From positions 22,644-86,643 of the forward strand of contig JBMFIG010000005.1 of assembly GCA_049976425.1 (NCBI GenBank): a stretch of DNA of 64,000 bases, read 5' to 3'. Shown in pieces: positions 10,174 through 20,637 of the stretch (its first letter is position 1; the number at the start of each line of letters is the position of its first letter). The translations under genes were made by a program, and so were the position numbers. Origin of the DNA: Thermoproteus sp. Lineage in GTDB: Archaea; Thermoproteota; Thermoprotei; Thermoproteales; Thermoproteaceae. The notes below the pieces were generated by a model. That model was not told the origin of the DNA, made no database searches, and was given only the letters and a program-made list of their open reading frames with translations.

Positions 10174-10840
10174 AGAAAGTCTCCAGTATCTTATTTATTA
10201 TCTTCGTGGTAGAGCATAGGTCGCACTCGTAAGGCTCCGCGCGCAGTATCTGAGCCTCTATGCCTCTACGCCTGAACTTCTCGGCGAGGGATCTCTCGTC
10301 GAACGGCTGGTTGGCGCCCAACAGAACGACGTCGGGCCTCTCCTCCTCGACCACCCTCAACATGTCGTCTTCATAGCCTATCCTCGCCTTATGCACGTAG
10401 TAGATGCTCGACACAACCCTAGCCCTATTCTCGGCAGGTACGGATATGCTACGGCCCTTTATCTTCGCCGCGTTCGTATCTCGGGAAACGACGGCGACAA
10501 CGCGGCCGAGGCGCCAAGCCTGCTCCATATAGCTTATATGGCCGGGATGCAGTAGTTCGAAGGTCCCAGCTATCAAGACCTTCTTGTAGTTCTTCTCGAT
10601 CTCGCTCGGCCTACTCCACACGAAGTCGGCGTAGCCCAGAAGCCTCAAGGCGTCGAGCAGCCCCTCTGCATATGACGCCGCGGCTACCGACGTGAACACA
10701 TCGCCTCTGGAGAGATAGTATTTCGAATCCCTTAAATAAGCCTCGGCCAGCTCGACCACCTCTCTGACCCTATCGTCGAGAACCTTGAGGGTTCCTAGAG
10801 CCCGCTCTAGATTCCTCACGTATATCTCCGCCCGCTCCAC
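10151..10840 (-). CDS. DUF357 domain fused to a RibL-like FAD synthetase/cytidylyltransferase domain
   Basis: N-terminal AEAYLRDSKYY...SYAEGLLDALR (DUF357); C-terminal GTFELLHPGH (HxGH) and STTKII. Confidence 0.82.
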   Translation of the reverse strand: MERAEIYVRNLERALGTLKVLDDRVREVVELAEAYLRDSKYYLSRGDVFTSVAAASYAEGLLDALRLLGYADFVWSRPSEIEKNYKKVLIAGTFELLHPGHISYMEQAWRLGRVVAVVSRDTNAAKIKGRSISVPAENRARVVSSIYYVHKARIGYEDDMLRVVEEERPDVVLLGANQPFDERSLAEKFRRRGIEAQILRAEPYECDLCSTTKIINKILETFCEGSRRV

Positions 10841-10908
10841 AAGGCGAAGGCCCCAGCCTATTAAAAGCCTTTGGTCAAAACTTAAATATAGCGCGAATAG
10901 CCTGGTCG

Positions 10909-11103
10909 ATGGCCGAGGAGCTCCAGGAAGCGGCTAAATCCATAGTGACCGGCTTGAGGCAAGCTGAGGAGCTGATAAAGCAGGGCAAAAAGGAAGAGGC
11001 CAAGAAGCTCTACAAAGAGCTGAAGAGGCAGGCGCTTGAGAAGAAGCTCTATAGGGGTTTCGCCGGTCTTTTTAGGAAAGTCGAGAGGCTCATACGGGAC
11101 TAA
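10909..11103 (+). CDS. Small basic helical hypothetical protein, 64 aa
   Basis: ATG about 20 nt after a TTAAATATA box; amphipathic helical pattern. Confidence 0.7.
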   Translation: MAEELQEAAKSIVTGLRQAEELIKQGKKEEAKKLYKELKRQALEKKLYRGFAGLFRKVERLIRD

Positions 11104-11515
11104 CCTCGACGACGAAGAACTCGCGCCCATTGCACATGGCTACGCCGAGCACTTTTTCCACCAAGATCTTCTCGCCGGGTCTTAACGTGCTCTCGTCGGG
11201 GCAGTCCCGGCATCCCCTACACTCGCCCTCGTACGTCACGATGACGCCTTCAAGCGCCTTTTTCCTAGGCAGTAGAAGCCTAAGGGGGACCTCCTCGACG
11301 ACTACCGGCGTCATCTCGCCGCCCGTGATCTTGCATCTCTGGCCCAACGACGGGCGTACCTCGGTTATCACGTAGGATCTACCCGGTCTAAGCCTTCCCA
11401 TGCAGACCTGATACAGCCTACAGCTGGAGCACTCGTCCGGTATCCTCACAACCCTAAATCTATGGCCAACTTCGGCTTGCTCCTTGGATACCAGAGTAAC
11501 CACGGTCCTTCCCAC
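11090..11515 (-). CDS. UPF0179 family protein
   Basis: VTLVSKEQAEVGHRF, CxxC..C and later Cys motifs. Confidence 0.8.
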   Translation of the reverse strand: MGRTVVTLVSKEQAEVGHRFRVVRIPDECSSCRLYQVCMGRLRPGRSYVITEVRPSLGQRCKITGGEMTPVVVEEVPLRLLLPRKKALEGVIVTYEGECRGCRDCPDESTLRPGEKILVEKVLGVAMCNGREFFVVEVSPV

Positions 11516-11614
11516 AAACAGCCGAGCTAGTATTCGCGATAAAATATTTGCGCCGACTTAGCGCCGGGCGATCATGAGACGCTACGATAATTTTATTTGC
11601 GGATATATCTTCCG

Positions 11615-12550
11615 GTGTCCATTAGGTCTTTAGTAGAGGCATATAACGCCTTGGATAAACTCGATCTCCGAGTACTCAGACTGCTCGAGGTGGCGCACGC
11701 CAGGCGCGAGTATGTACCCTATAGATTGGTCGTGCGCTGGGCTGGGATAGACGAAGGGGCTGTTGGGCGATCGCTTTCTAAGTTGAATAGGCTAAAGCTG
11801 ATTCAACGATTCAGAGGCCCCTACGAGGGCTTCCGTCTAACATTCGGCGCCTATGACGTGTTGGCCCTACACACATTAAGGAAATCGGGCAAGCTAGTCA
11901 GCATATCTCCAACGCCTATAGGGGTCGGGAAGGAGTCCGTGGTCTATTCCGGGGAGACTCCGAGCGGTGTCAAGGTGGCTGTGAAGTTCCACAGAACTGG
12001 GACCTCCTCGTTTATCAGAGCCAGGAAGGTGCGGGCCTTCTTGGGCAAGAGGAGGCATTTGACCAAGCTGTACGAGGCTAGGCTTTCGGCCCATGCAGAG
12101 TTCGCGGCGCTCAGAGCCGTGTTCGACGGAGGCGGCCTCGTGCCGGAGCCCATCGCCGTAAATAGGCATGTGGTCGTGATGAGATATATCGAGGGCGTAG
12201 ACGCGTATAAGGTCAGACCAAATGATGCTCCATCGATAGCTAGGGACGTCGTTAAGACGGTAGAAGTGGCGTTGGAGAACGGCATAATCCACGGCGATCT
12301 ATCGCCGTATAATATACTGATAGGCGATAGGGCATATATTATAGACTGGCCCCAGTGGATCCCGGCGTCTCACCCCAACTCGCTCGAGATTTTATCGAGG
12401 GACTTGACGCGTCTAGAGGAGTTCTTTTCGCAACTCAATATAACTATAGATAAAGATAGATTATTTAATATTATATACAATCATAAATATAAAAATATAG
12501 ATATTGAAGATATATATGAAAAAGTACTGAGGACATTTATAAGAATATGA
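11615..12550 (+). CDS. rio2: RIO2-type Ser/Thr kinase with N-terminal winged helix
   Basis: GFRLTFGAYDVLAL, IGVGKESVVY, VKFHRTG, IHGDLSPYNI, IIDWPQW; GTG start at 11615 preferred. Confidence 0.9.
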   Translation: MSIRSLVEAYNALDKLDLRVLRLLEVAHARREYVPYRLVVRWAGIDEGAVGRSLSKLNRLKLIQRFRGPYEGFRLTFGAYDVLALHTLRKSGKLVSISPTPIGVGKESVVYSGETPSGVKVAVKFHRTGTSSFIRARKVRAFLGKRRHLTKLYEARLSAHAEFAALRAVFDGGGLVPEPIAVNRHVVVMRYIEGVDAYKVRPNDAPSIARDVVKTVEVALENGIIHGDLSPYNILIGDRAYIIDWPQWIPASHPNSLEILSRDLTRLEEFFSQLNITIDKDRLFNIIYNHKYKNIDIEDIYEKVLRTFIRI

Positions 12551-14307
12551 GAGTATTGGGGCTAGACATAAGCGGCAGAGATAAATTCGCTTACACTGTA
12601 GCGGAGGCTGGATCGACATTAGAACAAGGCACTGCCTCGGCTACCGAGCTACTCAAGGTCATAAAGAAGTACAAGCCCGAGGTGCTCGCGGTGGACAGCA
12701 TATCGGAGCTGATGGAGCACGGAAAGATCGTCGTCAAGGCGTTGGGCAGGTTGCCCTTTAATGTGGAGGTCGTCGAGGTGACGCGGACCGAGGACAACAC
12801 GAGTATTCCAATGGAGGTGTTGGTGGAGAAGTATTTCAAGGTATCCCGAAGCCATCTGGATCCGCTAGAGACGTCCCTCTTCGCGGCGTTGTTAGCCGAG
12901 AGAGGGCTTGGGGCGAGGATCAAGCTGTACGAGGAGGAGACCGTTATCCTGATAAAACGCGTCTCCTCCACGAGCCCCGGCGGGATGAGCCGTAATAGGT
13001 ATATGCGTAACGTTAAGCATAGGATAAGGGATCTGGCCGACCGCATATCCAGACGGCTCAACGAGGTCGGGCTCGACTACGACCTCTTCTTCAAGGAGGA
13101 GTCGGGCGATATAACATCTGCGAAGTTTGTGGTCTACGCCAGGAGGGATCTGGTCAGGAGGTATGTCAAGCCTCTCAAGAGCTCCGACGTGGTGATAAGG
13201 ATCTTCTCAGAACCCGTAAAATCCTACGAGTCGGAGAGGGGCGATCAGTATCTGATAGTCGGGGTAGATCCCGGGATAGTGACGGGAATCGCCATAATGG
13301 ACTTAGAGGGCAAAGTGCTTCATACGGAGGCCAGGAGGAATCTGTCGAGGGGCGAATCGCTTAGGAGGATATATCAATGGGGGGTGCCCGTCATAATAGC
13401 CACCGACGTCTCCGACGTTCCTGAATACGTCAAGAAGCTGGCCGCTATGAGCGGCGCAGTTCTGTACAAGCCTGAAAAAGATCTTTCTGTGAGCGAGAAG
13501 AGCTCAATAGCCGAGAAGATAGGATATCCCGTCAAGACGAGTCATGAGAGGGACGCCCTGGCGGCCGCCTATAAGGCTTTTGCGGAGTATAGGACTAAGT
13601 TCGAGAGGCTTGAGAGGGATTTCGGGGCGATATTGACAAGGCGGCAACTCGCCGAGGCTAAAGCGCTTGTGGCGAGAGGTAAATCGATAGCACAAGCCGT
13701 CGCGGAGGTTTTGAAAGGAAATAAGGAGATGGGATATACAAAGGTTGTATATATACCGATAGAGAAACCCTGTAAAAATATAGATGAATATAATAAAATG
13801 ATGATAAATGCATTAGAATATGAAAAAAATCAGCTTGAGAAGGAAATAGAGGAGCTTAGATCCAGAGTATCCTCGCTGTCTCGTGCCCTCAACGATTCGT
13901 TGTGGAGGGATGCTAAGTATAGAGAGCTACAGAGGCGTGTCGAGGATCTTTCTGTCTCCCTCAAGACTTGTATGGAAGAGAAGGAGAAGTTTGCGGAGGA
14001 GCTTATGGAAATTGTTTTGGGTTTGGTATCGGGCAGATACAAGCTGTATAGGGAAGACGAGATATCTGAGTGTAGGAAAGCTGGCGGCATCCTCTGTAGC
14101 GACATCTCTACGGTAGAAGAGGCTGTAAATAACGGCGTACTCGGCGTCCCTGTAGGGCTTGTCACTAGGTATAGATCTAAAGGCTATTATATAATTGACG
14201 AATTTAAGAGACAGGAATTGACCGAGAGGATAAGAAAAGCATTAACCGAAAGGAGGATAGATTTAAAGAAACTATTGGACGAATATAGAAGACGGTTGCC
14301 GGGCTAG
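12547..14307 (+). CDS. DUF460 domain protein (two RNase H-like domains plus coiled coil)
   Basis: RVLGLDISG, PGGMSRNRY, IVGVDPGIVTGIAIMDLEG, HERDALAAA, C-terminal coiled coil. Confidence 0.85.
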   Translation: MRVLGLDISGRDKFAYTVAEAGSTLEQGTASATELLKVIKKYKPEVLAVDSISELMEHGKIVVKALGRLPFNVEVVEVTRTEDNTSIPMEVLVEKYFKVSRSHLDPLETSLFAALLAERGLGARIKLYEEETVILIKRVSSTSPGGMSRNRYMRNVKHRIRDLADRISRRLNEVGLDYDLFFKEESGDITSAKFVVYARRDLVRRYVKPLKSSDVVIRIFSEPVKSYESERGDQYLIVGVDPGIVTGIAIMDLEGKVLHTEARRNLSRGESLRRIYQWGVPVIIATDVSDVPEYVKKLAAMSGAVLYKPEKDLSVSEKSSIAEKIGYPVKTSHERDALAAAYKAFAEYRTKFERLERDFGAILTRRQLAEAKALVARGKSIAQAVAEVLKGNKEMGYTKVVYIPIEKPCKNIDEYNKMMINALEYEKNQLEKEIEELRSRVSSLSRALNDSLWRDAKYRELQRRVEDLSVSLKTCMEEKEKFAEELMEIVLGLVSGRYKLYREDEISECRKAGGILCSDISTVEEAVNNGVLGVPVGLVTRYRSKGYYIIDEFKRQELTERIRKALTERRIDLKKLLDEYRRRLPG

Positions 14308-15515
14308 AAGAGTCTGACCTTGCCTTCCAGGACTAGTTGCGTTATCGACGTCACGCGGCTCAATTCCTCAGACGCGATTGCCTCCGCCTCCCTCTTCACC
14401 TCGCCCGTCAGCTCGCCGCCGTCGGTAATAATCTCGATGTTGAGTATTCTCGGCTCGGTTATGGGTTTCCCTATCTGGCTAACCACCTCAACAGAGACCT
14501 CTCTGACTCCCTTCACCTCAGCATATATCCGATCTGCCACCTTCTGGGCTAGTATGTTATATATCTTGCCCACGTGCGATACGGGATTCTTACCGGCGGC
14601 GGCTTCCATGGACATAACTCTCATGGGGGTTATGAGGCCGTTGGCCCTGTTGCCTCTGCCCGTCATGCCGTCATCGCCGTGCTCCGCGCTGGTGCCGGTA
14701 ACTGTTAGATAGAATATGTTATACTCCGGCTTGTCCGCGGTGTTTACGTCCACCGACACGTTGTATCCAGGCGCTATCTTCGCCGCAAGGTCCTCGACAT
14801 ATCTCCTCACCTCTTCCTTGACCGATATATAGTGGTCTTTATCCTTCACAAGCTGGCTTATCATGGCGGCCGCGATAGTGAGCTTTATATCTCGGCCTAT
14901 CCTTATGCCCATCACCTTGATATCCTCGCCGACCTCAGGCAACCTCGATTTAAGCTCCACGGAGTTCAAAGTGCGCTCGACCCTATATACCAAGTTCTCC
15001 AGCGGCGATAGAGGAGCGTAGCCTACGCCGATAGACGTATCGTTTGCAAGAGGTATCGACTTAGCCCCCAAGTCGTAGACCCCTGTAAGGTCGGCGGAGC
15101 CCTGCCCGATTCTGTAGTCTATTATTATATGTTTATCTGGATCCAGGTATCTGAAGTTCTCCCTAATCCATCTCCTAGCCGCCTCTAATACCAAAGGCCC
15201 GACAGGTATGCGCTCGACCTCGCCTCCCCGCCTAACCTCCACGGTGGCGCGTCCCGAGACGAGTATGTATATGGGCTGGATAACCTCTCCGCCTCCGAAC
15301 ACCGGCCTCGCCTGTCCTCCGACCACTAACGTCTTGTCGACGTTGTGGTGGAGTATTACGCCGTACTTCTGTAGATAGTACCTAGATAAGTATAGGCTGA
15401 CGTACTCCGAGATGCCGTCGGCGATGTAGTCCGGATGTCCCTGCCCCTTCCGCTCTACGATCTCGACGTTCTGCTCCTCTACAGGTATCCTATTGGCTTT
15501 AGTTACCGTTATCAT
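14304..15515 (-). CDS. mat: Archaeal methionine adenosyltransferase
   Basis: EIVERKGQGHPD, LHHNVDK, ANDTSIGVG, GEDIKVMG, GKNPVSHVGK. Confidence 0.96.
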   Translation of the reverse strand: MITVTKANRIPVEEQNVEIVERKGQGHPDYIADGISEYVSLYLSRYYLQKYGVILHHNVDKTLVVGGQARPVFGGGEVIQPIYILVSGRATVEVRRGGEVERIPVGPLVLEAARRWIRENFRYLDPDKHIIIDYRIGQGSADLTGVYDLGAKSIPLANDTSIGVGYAPLSPLENLVYRVERTLNSVELKSRLPEVGEDIKVMGIRIGRDIKLTIAAAMISQLVKDKDHYISVKEEVRRYVEDLAAKIAPGYNVSVDVNTADKPEYNIFYLTVTGTSAEHGDDGMTGRGNRANGLITPMRVMSMEAAAGKNPVSHVGKIYNILAQKVADRIYAEVKGVREVSVEVVSQIGKPITEPRILNIEIITDGGELTGEVKREAEAIASEELSRVTSITQLVLEGKVRLF

Positions 15516-15772
15516 GCCGCCGCCTCCTCGCTGGAGATATAAATTATCTGGCTTCCTCTTATGAGGATTCTGCCGTATTTCATCTTCGTAGCGCCGTTCT
15601 TGTCGAGCTCCTCGGCCTCGTCGAGGACTAAATTCATACAGGAGTCGTATATGCTCAAGATCCCTCGCACGACCACATCGCCCTTAAGCCTAGCAACGAC
15701 CACTTTGTTCACCATCTTCGAGAGCACCTTCAACGGCGAGGGCAGTTTCAACTGCTGGGCTTTGTTCGACAT
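15512..15772 (-). CDS. Sm-like archaeal protein (SmAP)
   Basis: Sm1/Sm2 motifs GILSIYDSCMNLVLDEAEE and GRILIRGSQI; ATG at 15772. Confidence 0.9.
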   Translation of the reverse strand: MSNKAQQLKLPSPLKVLSKMVNKVVVARLKGDVVVRGILSIYDSCMNLVLDEAEELDKNGATKMKYGRILIRGSQIIYISSEEAAA

Positions 15773-15816
15773 TGCTAAGCCCCTCAAGCCCGTTAATAAA
15801 ATTTTACGGGGATGTG

Positions 15817-16014
15817 TCAGCGGACCTCGAACTTGAGGACGTCGTCGATCCAATCGACGTGGGCCAATAGAGTCCTGCGGCAACAATACCTAGCCACGCC
15901 CAACTCGTCAAGCACTTTGCCGGGGTCCTCGCCCGCCAGCACTCTCCGCTTGAAAGGCTCCCAGAGATGGCCCAGAGGCCTTCCGCAGGTGAAGCATCGA
16001 ATTGGCGCCATCAT
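15817..16014 (-). CDS. rpoN: RNA polymerase subunit Rpo10
   Basis: PIRCFTCG...RYCCRRTLL. Confidence 0.97.
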   Translation of the reverse strand: MMAPIRCFTCGRPLGHLWEPFKRRVLAGEDPGKVLDELGVARYCCRRTLLAHVDWIDDVLKFEVR

Positions 16015-16018
16015 GGCC

Positions 16019-16468
16019 TTAACGATACGCCTTCTGCCTTTTGGAGCGCGCGTGTTTGAGGCCGGGCTTCTTGGGCTCTGTCCTCCTAGGATCGCCCTTA
16101 AGCATATATGGGTCGTATTGCATATATAGCTCCCTCAATTTCTGGTCCTCGAAATATTTCACGAGCCCTCTTGCTATCGCCATTCTAGCCGCGACGGCTT
16201 GGCCCATATAGCCGCCGCCGTGGACCTCTACGTCTATGTCGACTTTGTTCACCAGATCTCCGGCCAGCAATAGCGGCTCGACGATCTTCTGGCGCGCCAT
16301 CTCGATAGGCCAGAGCTCCAAGGGATATCCGTTTATCCTGACACGGCCTATGCCGGGCCTTATCACGGCCTTAGCGATCGCGGTCTTCTTCCTCCCAACA
16401 GCGAGGACTACGCGCGGCGATTCTTGTGCTACGTAGGCGCCAGGGGCCCTAGTAGCGGCCTCCGTCAT
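16019..16468 (-). CDS. rps9p: 30S ribosomal protein S9
   Basis: [33 protein letters not shown]. Confidence 0.97.
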   Translation of the reverse strand: MTEAATRAPGAYVAQESPRVVLAVGRKKTAIAKAVIRPGIGRVRINGYPLELWPIEMARQKIVEPLLLAGDLVNKVDIDVEVHGGGYMGQAVAARMAIARGLVKYFEDQKLRELYMQYDPYMLKGDPRRTEPKKPGLKHARSKRQKAYR

Positions 16469-16473
16469 GGCCC

Positions 16474-17004
16474 CTATTTAGCTATGGATTTTATCTTTTC
16501 CGACAACATCTGTGCTTCCTTCCACTTGTTCCAAGCCTTGGGATCTATAAGCCTCCAGAGCTCCTCTAACGTCACAGCCTTGTATAGAGGCTTAGGCCTT
16601 ATCAGAGCCTCAGGGATATGATAGAGCTCCCCGCTTAGGCCAGGAGGCACCGACATGAATACCCTGAGTCTCTTCAACGCGTATCGCCCCTCTTTTTGTT
16701 TATACGGCAACATGCCCCGGACAATCCTCTTGAATATGCGATCCGGCCTCCTAGGTATCTTAGGCCCCACTTTCTCCGGATTGTAGTGGGTCCTCCACAG
16801 AGATATCTTCCTCATGTACCAGTTCACCACCATCTTTCTACTGCCCAGTATGAGCGCCTTATCTATATTGACCACCACGACGTTCACGTTCCTATTGTCG
16901 CGAAGGATCTTGGCAACTGCCGAGGCCAGCCTCCCGACGACGTGATTTGTGGCGTCGATTACGATAGTCCCCTTCTCTATCCGTTGAGGTAACGGCTTGC
17001 TCAT
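16474..17004 (-). CDS. rpl13p: 50S ribosomal protein L13
   Basis: IDATNHVVGRLAS, RRPDRIFKRIVRGMLP. Confidence 0.96.
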   Translation of the reverse strand: MSKPLPQRIEKGTIVIDATNHVVGRLASAVAKILRDNRNVNVVVVNIDKALILGSRKMVVNWYMRKISLWRTHYNPEKVGPKIPRRPDRIFKRIVRGMLPYKQKEGRYALKRLRVFMSVPPGLSGELYHIPEALIRPKPLYKAVTLEELWRLIDPKAWNKWKEAQMLSEKIKSIAK

Positions 17005-17369
17005 ATCACTATCTTGACGTTGGTGCCTTTCGGATTCTCCTTCACCAGATTCGGTATAGGAACTAACCGGCCGCCGGATTTGACTACGGCCTCGGCGGCT
17101 GATCTAGAGGCGGCCAGAGCGGCCACCGTCACTCTCTTCTGCAATTTGCCGTTTCCCAACAACTTCCCCGGTATCACGACCACATCGCCGTCGTTGACAA
17201 CCCTATTCAGCTTCCCCAGACCTACGGCCACCCTTTGTCTTCGCGGTCTGGCTAGCAAGTCGGCCACGTATGCCCAGATAGGTGCCTCGTTGGACTTAGC
17301 GGCTTTCCTAAGAAATCTGATCAACATCCTCAGCTGTATGTTAGTAGGGCCTGTGGGATTAGGCGGCAC
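17001..17369 (-). CDS. rpl18e: 50S ribosomal protein L18e
   Basis: APIWAYVA, VVVIPGKLLGNG, NPKGTNV. Confidence 0.96.
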   Translation of the reverse strand: MPPNPTGPTNIQLRMLIRFLRKAAKSNEAPIWAYVADLLARPRRQRVAVGLGKLNRVVNDGDVVVIPGKLLGNGKLQKRVTVAALAASRSAAEAVVKSGGRLVPIPNLVKENPKGTNVKIVI

Positions 17370-17391
17370 GCCGCCTCTTCTCTAGCCGTAT

Positions 17392-18231
17392 TTAAACGTT
17401 CTCGGCCTTGGATTCCCCGGACTCAGCGCTGGTCAATCTATAGATCTCCTTTTCTAATGTCTCTAGGAACATGTTCAATTTAACCTTGAAGATGCGAAAA
17501 GCCTCACCCAGCATCTTATCAACATCCATGTTGCCATAAGACTCGATATTCATTATATACTTAAACCGATCCCAGTCTACGGCCAGCAGATGTCCGCAGA
17601 GATTTTCGCAAGTCTTAAGCTTGCCAAATGTGCATTTATATGGGTCGAATTCGTTTAGGCTATTCCCAAAGGCATCCGGACATATGGACTTACATTGAGC
17701 TAGGCATTGAGGATCTTCGCCTTTGACAATTAGCTTGGGAAAGTAATAGTAGGTAGCTAGACCCGCCTGCCACTTGGCGTGTTCCTTCGCGCGGCCGAGC
17801 CTGGCATATGCCTCAAGCGAAATGGACTGGCCTTTAACGAGCTTAACTATGGGTATGTCTGGATACACGGGCTTCACATCTGGGTGGTCTGACACCAGAT
17901 CGCCGGAATACACAGTCTTAGTATCGTCGGCAGTAACTTGTAGGGTAAATCTGACGGTGCACTCGGCGGGATCCACCATACCGGTTTCGCACTCCTCTAT
18001 CTTCGGAAAGAGATCGAGAGGAGTAGTAAGCGGAATTAGCCCAAGCCTGTGCGCCAACATCTCGTCGTACATCGACGACGTGTTGTTCACTATCAATACT
18101 TGGTCTATAGCGAAGACAGGCACCTCCGATATGATAATTCGCCTTATGGAATTTATTAAAGAAGGCTTTACACCCTCTATATACAGTTTTAAATGGAGGT
18201 TGTCCCGTTCAAGGACCTTTGCAGACGGCAT
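17392..18231 (-). CDS. rpoD: RNA polymerase subunit Rpo3 with Cys-rich insert
   Basis: NSIRRIIISEVPVFAID, DEMLAHRLGLIPL, EHAKWQ. Confidence 0.96.
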   Translation of the reverse strand: MPSAKVLERDNLHLKLYIEGVKPSLINSIRRIIISEVPVFAIDQVLIVNNTSSMYDEMLAHRLGLIPLTTPLDLFPKIEECETGMVDPAECTVRFTLQVTADDTKTVYSGDLVSDHPDVKPVYPDIPIVKLVKGQSISLEAYARLGRAKEHAKWQAGLATYYYFPKLIVKGEDPQCLAQCKSICPDAFGNSLNEFDPYKCTFGKLKTCENLCGHLLAVDWDRFKYIMNIESYGNMDVDKMLGEAFRIFKVKLNMFLETLEKEIYRLTSAESGESKAENV

Positions 18232-18674
18232 TAACGCGTAGGCTTCTGCTTTTTGCCACGCAACACAGCCAGGATCGAGACCCCGTTGACCTTAGTGACC
18301 TTGAACCTTATGCCCGGGATATCGCCGAGAGATCTGCCCTCAGGCCCGCCTATACGCTCTATTATCACCTCGTCGTGCTCGTTGATTAGGTTAAGCCCGC
18401 CGTCGTAGGGAACGAACGCCGTCACCACCTTGCCGTTCTTCACCAACTGGACCCTGACGCATTTCCGCACGGCCGCGTTGGGTTTACGCGCCTCGACGCC
18501 TACCTTCTCGAGCACGATGCCCCTAGCCATCGGGGCGCCCTCAAGGGGATCGAACCGCTCGGCGAGTTTCAGAACTCTTCTCTTATAGGTTATGTCGTTC
18601 CACCTAAACCTCTGCCTTTTCTCCTTCAACTTCCTCGCCGCGAATAAGCCGACAGGGGACTTCTTGCCGGGCAC
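18231..18674 (-). CDS. rps12p: 30S ribosomal protein S12
   Basis: [31 protein letters not shown]. Confidence 0.97.
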   Translation of the reverse strand: MPGKKSPVGLFAARKLKEKRQRFRWNDITYKRRVLKLAERFDPLEGAPMARGIVLEKVGVEARKPNAAVRKCVRVQLVKNGKVVTAFVPYDGGLNLINEHDEVIIERIGGPEGRSLGDIPGIRFKVTKVNGVSILAVLRGKKQKPTR

Positions 18675-18718
18675 TAGCCCTTATTTCTGCCCGTATATAA
18701 AGTTTGATGCGGATCCCG

Positions 18719-19153
18719 CTAAGTCAACACGACCCTATCTACGTCGTAATACCTCTTGGCCAACAACTTGGCCTTGGCTATATTCCTCCCGTTCTTGCCT
18801 ATAGCCAAGCCCTTATCCTCGGGCACGACCGTGGTTATCGCGACCAAATTGCCGGAGGGCGACTTGGTCACCTTGACGGCTATAACTCTCGCGGGGTATA
18901 GGCTGTTCTTTATAAGCTCTTCTGGAGTCTCAGCGTATTCAACGACCTCTACATCTCTCCCTATTATCTGCCTCAACATCCTCACGTTGTTGCCGCCCTT
19001 GCCCACCGCCAATGCGGCTTGGTTTTTGCCCACTACGAAAATTATTCTATTATAATCGCTATCGACAACCACATCAAGTGGAGTAACGCCTGTCATCGAC
19101 TCGAAAAGCGTAGCGTATCTTATCTCTTCGTCTGTAAGCCTTATATCAGGCAT
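18719..19153 (-). CDS. nusA: Archaeal NusA (two KH domains)
   Basis: AVGKGGNNV and AIGKNGRNI GxxG KH motifs; conserved position after rpl30e. Confidence 0.94.
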   Translation of the reverse strand: MPDIRLTDEEIRYATLFESMTGVTPLDVVVDSDYNRIIFVVGKNQAALAVGKGGNNVRMLRQIIGRDVEVVEYAETPEELIKNSLYPARVIAVKVTKSPSGNLVAITTVVPEDKGLAIGKNGRNIAKAKLLAKRYYDVDRVVLT

Positions 19154-19460
19154 GTCCAGCCAACTTCAATATCTCGCTCTGGCCTGGATCCACGATCGCT
19201 ATGGCCGAGATCTTAAAGGGCTTTCGCGCAGCCGCGCCTAACTCTAGGCTGGAGCCCGGAAAGACTAAGATTGGAGTGCCCGCGATCTTCGAGTAGTACT
19301 CGAGATCCCCTCTTATCCTCGGTGGGGCGTTAGCCGCTAGGACGACCATCTTGGCGCGTCCGCTAAGCACGGCGTTCTTGACGCTTTTATAGCCGATAGA
19401 CACCTTGCCCGTCGCGATAGCCACCTGGAGCTCTCTAGCTAGATCTATCGACGAACTCAC
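19146..19460 (-). CDS. rpl30e: 50S ribosomal protein L30e
   Basis: [28 protein letters not shown]. Confidence 0.95.
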   Translation of the reverse strand: MSSSIDLARELQVAIATGKVSIGYKSVKNAVLSGRAKMVVLAANAPPRIRGDLEYYSKIAGTPILVFPGSSLELGAAARKPFKISAIAIVDPGQSEILKLAGHA

Positions 19461-19497
19461 GGCCCTTGGGATTGAGATGCATATATAAGTTTTAGGC

Positions 19498-20637
19498 CTA
19501 GAGGCGCATCAGCAGTCTAACCATGCCCGTCCCTATGGGTATATGGCGGCCAGCTATTATGTTCTCGAAGACGCCCTTAAACGGCTCCACCTCGCCTCTC
19601 ACCGACGCCTCAACCAACGTCTTAACGGTCACCTCAAACGCGGCCTTAGCTAGCGGCGACTCCTTGGAACCCACAACACCGTGTCTGCCGATGGGCCTCA
19701 CTTTGCCTAGCCAAGTCATCGCGTCGGCTACAGTATACATGTGTCTACTATCCACGTCCAGGCCTTGTTCAGCGAGGACTCTCCTGATCTCAAGCGCTAT
19801 CAACGTCCTAGCCACCTCTATCCCCAATACCTCGGCCACCTCGTGGAGATCGTTGCTGTAGGTCCTCGTGTGGTCGACCTCGTCCAGTTGCAGGACTCCC
19901 TCTAGGTTGCTACCTTCGGTTATGATGTACCACTCTCCCGTACTCCTGTCCTGATCTACCAAGACCTTCCTAACGCCTTTTATACCGCTTATCCTCGTCT
20001 GAAGCACCTTATCGCGTAGCTTCCTCAACTTCAACATATCGGGGTTTGCAAGCCTAATAGTTATAGTATACCCTTCTATTTCTATGGAAACACCTTTACC
20101 ACGCATTCTTGAAAGTATCTTCTCAATATCTTTTATATTTATTTCTCTATATTTCATCTGTTCTGGATCAAGCTCTATCACGACACTATATGTTATATAA
20201 TCTATATCAACAGATTTAGCAAGATTTTCTATAGTAGTCAATTGTATCTTTTTAGCAACTTCAGTAGCTGATTCTTTAGATTTATTGTAGGGAGGCTTTA
20301 AATATACATACATAAGCGGCGTCGAGGGCTTCCTCCTGGCGTCGACTATCTCTATCATCCTAGGCAGACCGCGCGCCATGGAGAACTCCCTCAAACCGGC
20401 GAAGTGGAATGATCTCAAGATCATCTGGGTCGACGGCTCGCCTATGGACTGCGCGGTTATTATGCCTATGGCCTCGCCCGCATCTATTAGAGACAAGGCG
20501 TAGAGCCTCAGAGCTCTATAGATTATTCGTAACGCAGCCTCCTCGTCAAGGCCCTCTACGGCCTTCTTGAGATCTTCATATAAGGTCCTGGGAATAACCG
20601 ACGACAGATCTTCGAGCAGTTTCGCGACCGACATCAC
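19498..20637 (-). CDS. rpoA2: RNA polymerase subunit Rpo1C (A'')
   Basis: [20 protein letters not shown] trigger loop, [18 protein letters not shown]. Confidence 0.96.
   Translation of the reverse strand: MMSVAKLLEDLSSVIPRTLYEDLKKAVEGLDEEAALRIIYRALRLYALSLIDAGEAIGIITAQSIGEPSTQMILRSFHFAGLREFSMARGLPRMIEIVDARRKPSTPLMYVYLKPPYNKSKESATEVAKKIQLTTIENLAKSVDIDYITYSVVIELDPEQMKYREINIKDIEKILSRMRGKGVSIEIEGYTITIRLANPDMLKLRKLRDKVLQTRISGIKGVRKVLVDQDRSTGEWYIITEGSNLEGVLQLDEVDHTRTYSNDLHEVAEVLGIEVARTLIALEIRRVLAEQGLDVDSRHMYTVADAMTWLGKVRPIGRHGVVGSKESPLAKAAFEVTVKTLVEASVRGEVEPFKGVFENIIAGRHIPIGTGMVRLLMRL

Noticed and set aside
15773-15886. N-terminal extensions in the ORF track (Sm, ATP-grasp to 41004, TFB to 53402, ADH from 53332, 46398, 52076)
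   Set aside because: They overlap neighbouring genes or TATA boxes; downstream starts fit leaderless spacing better
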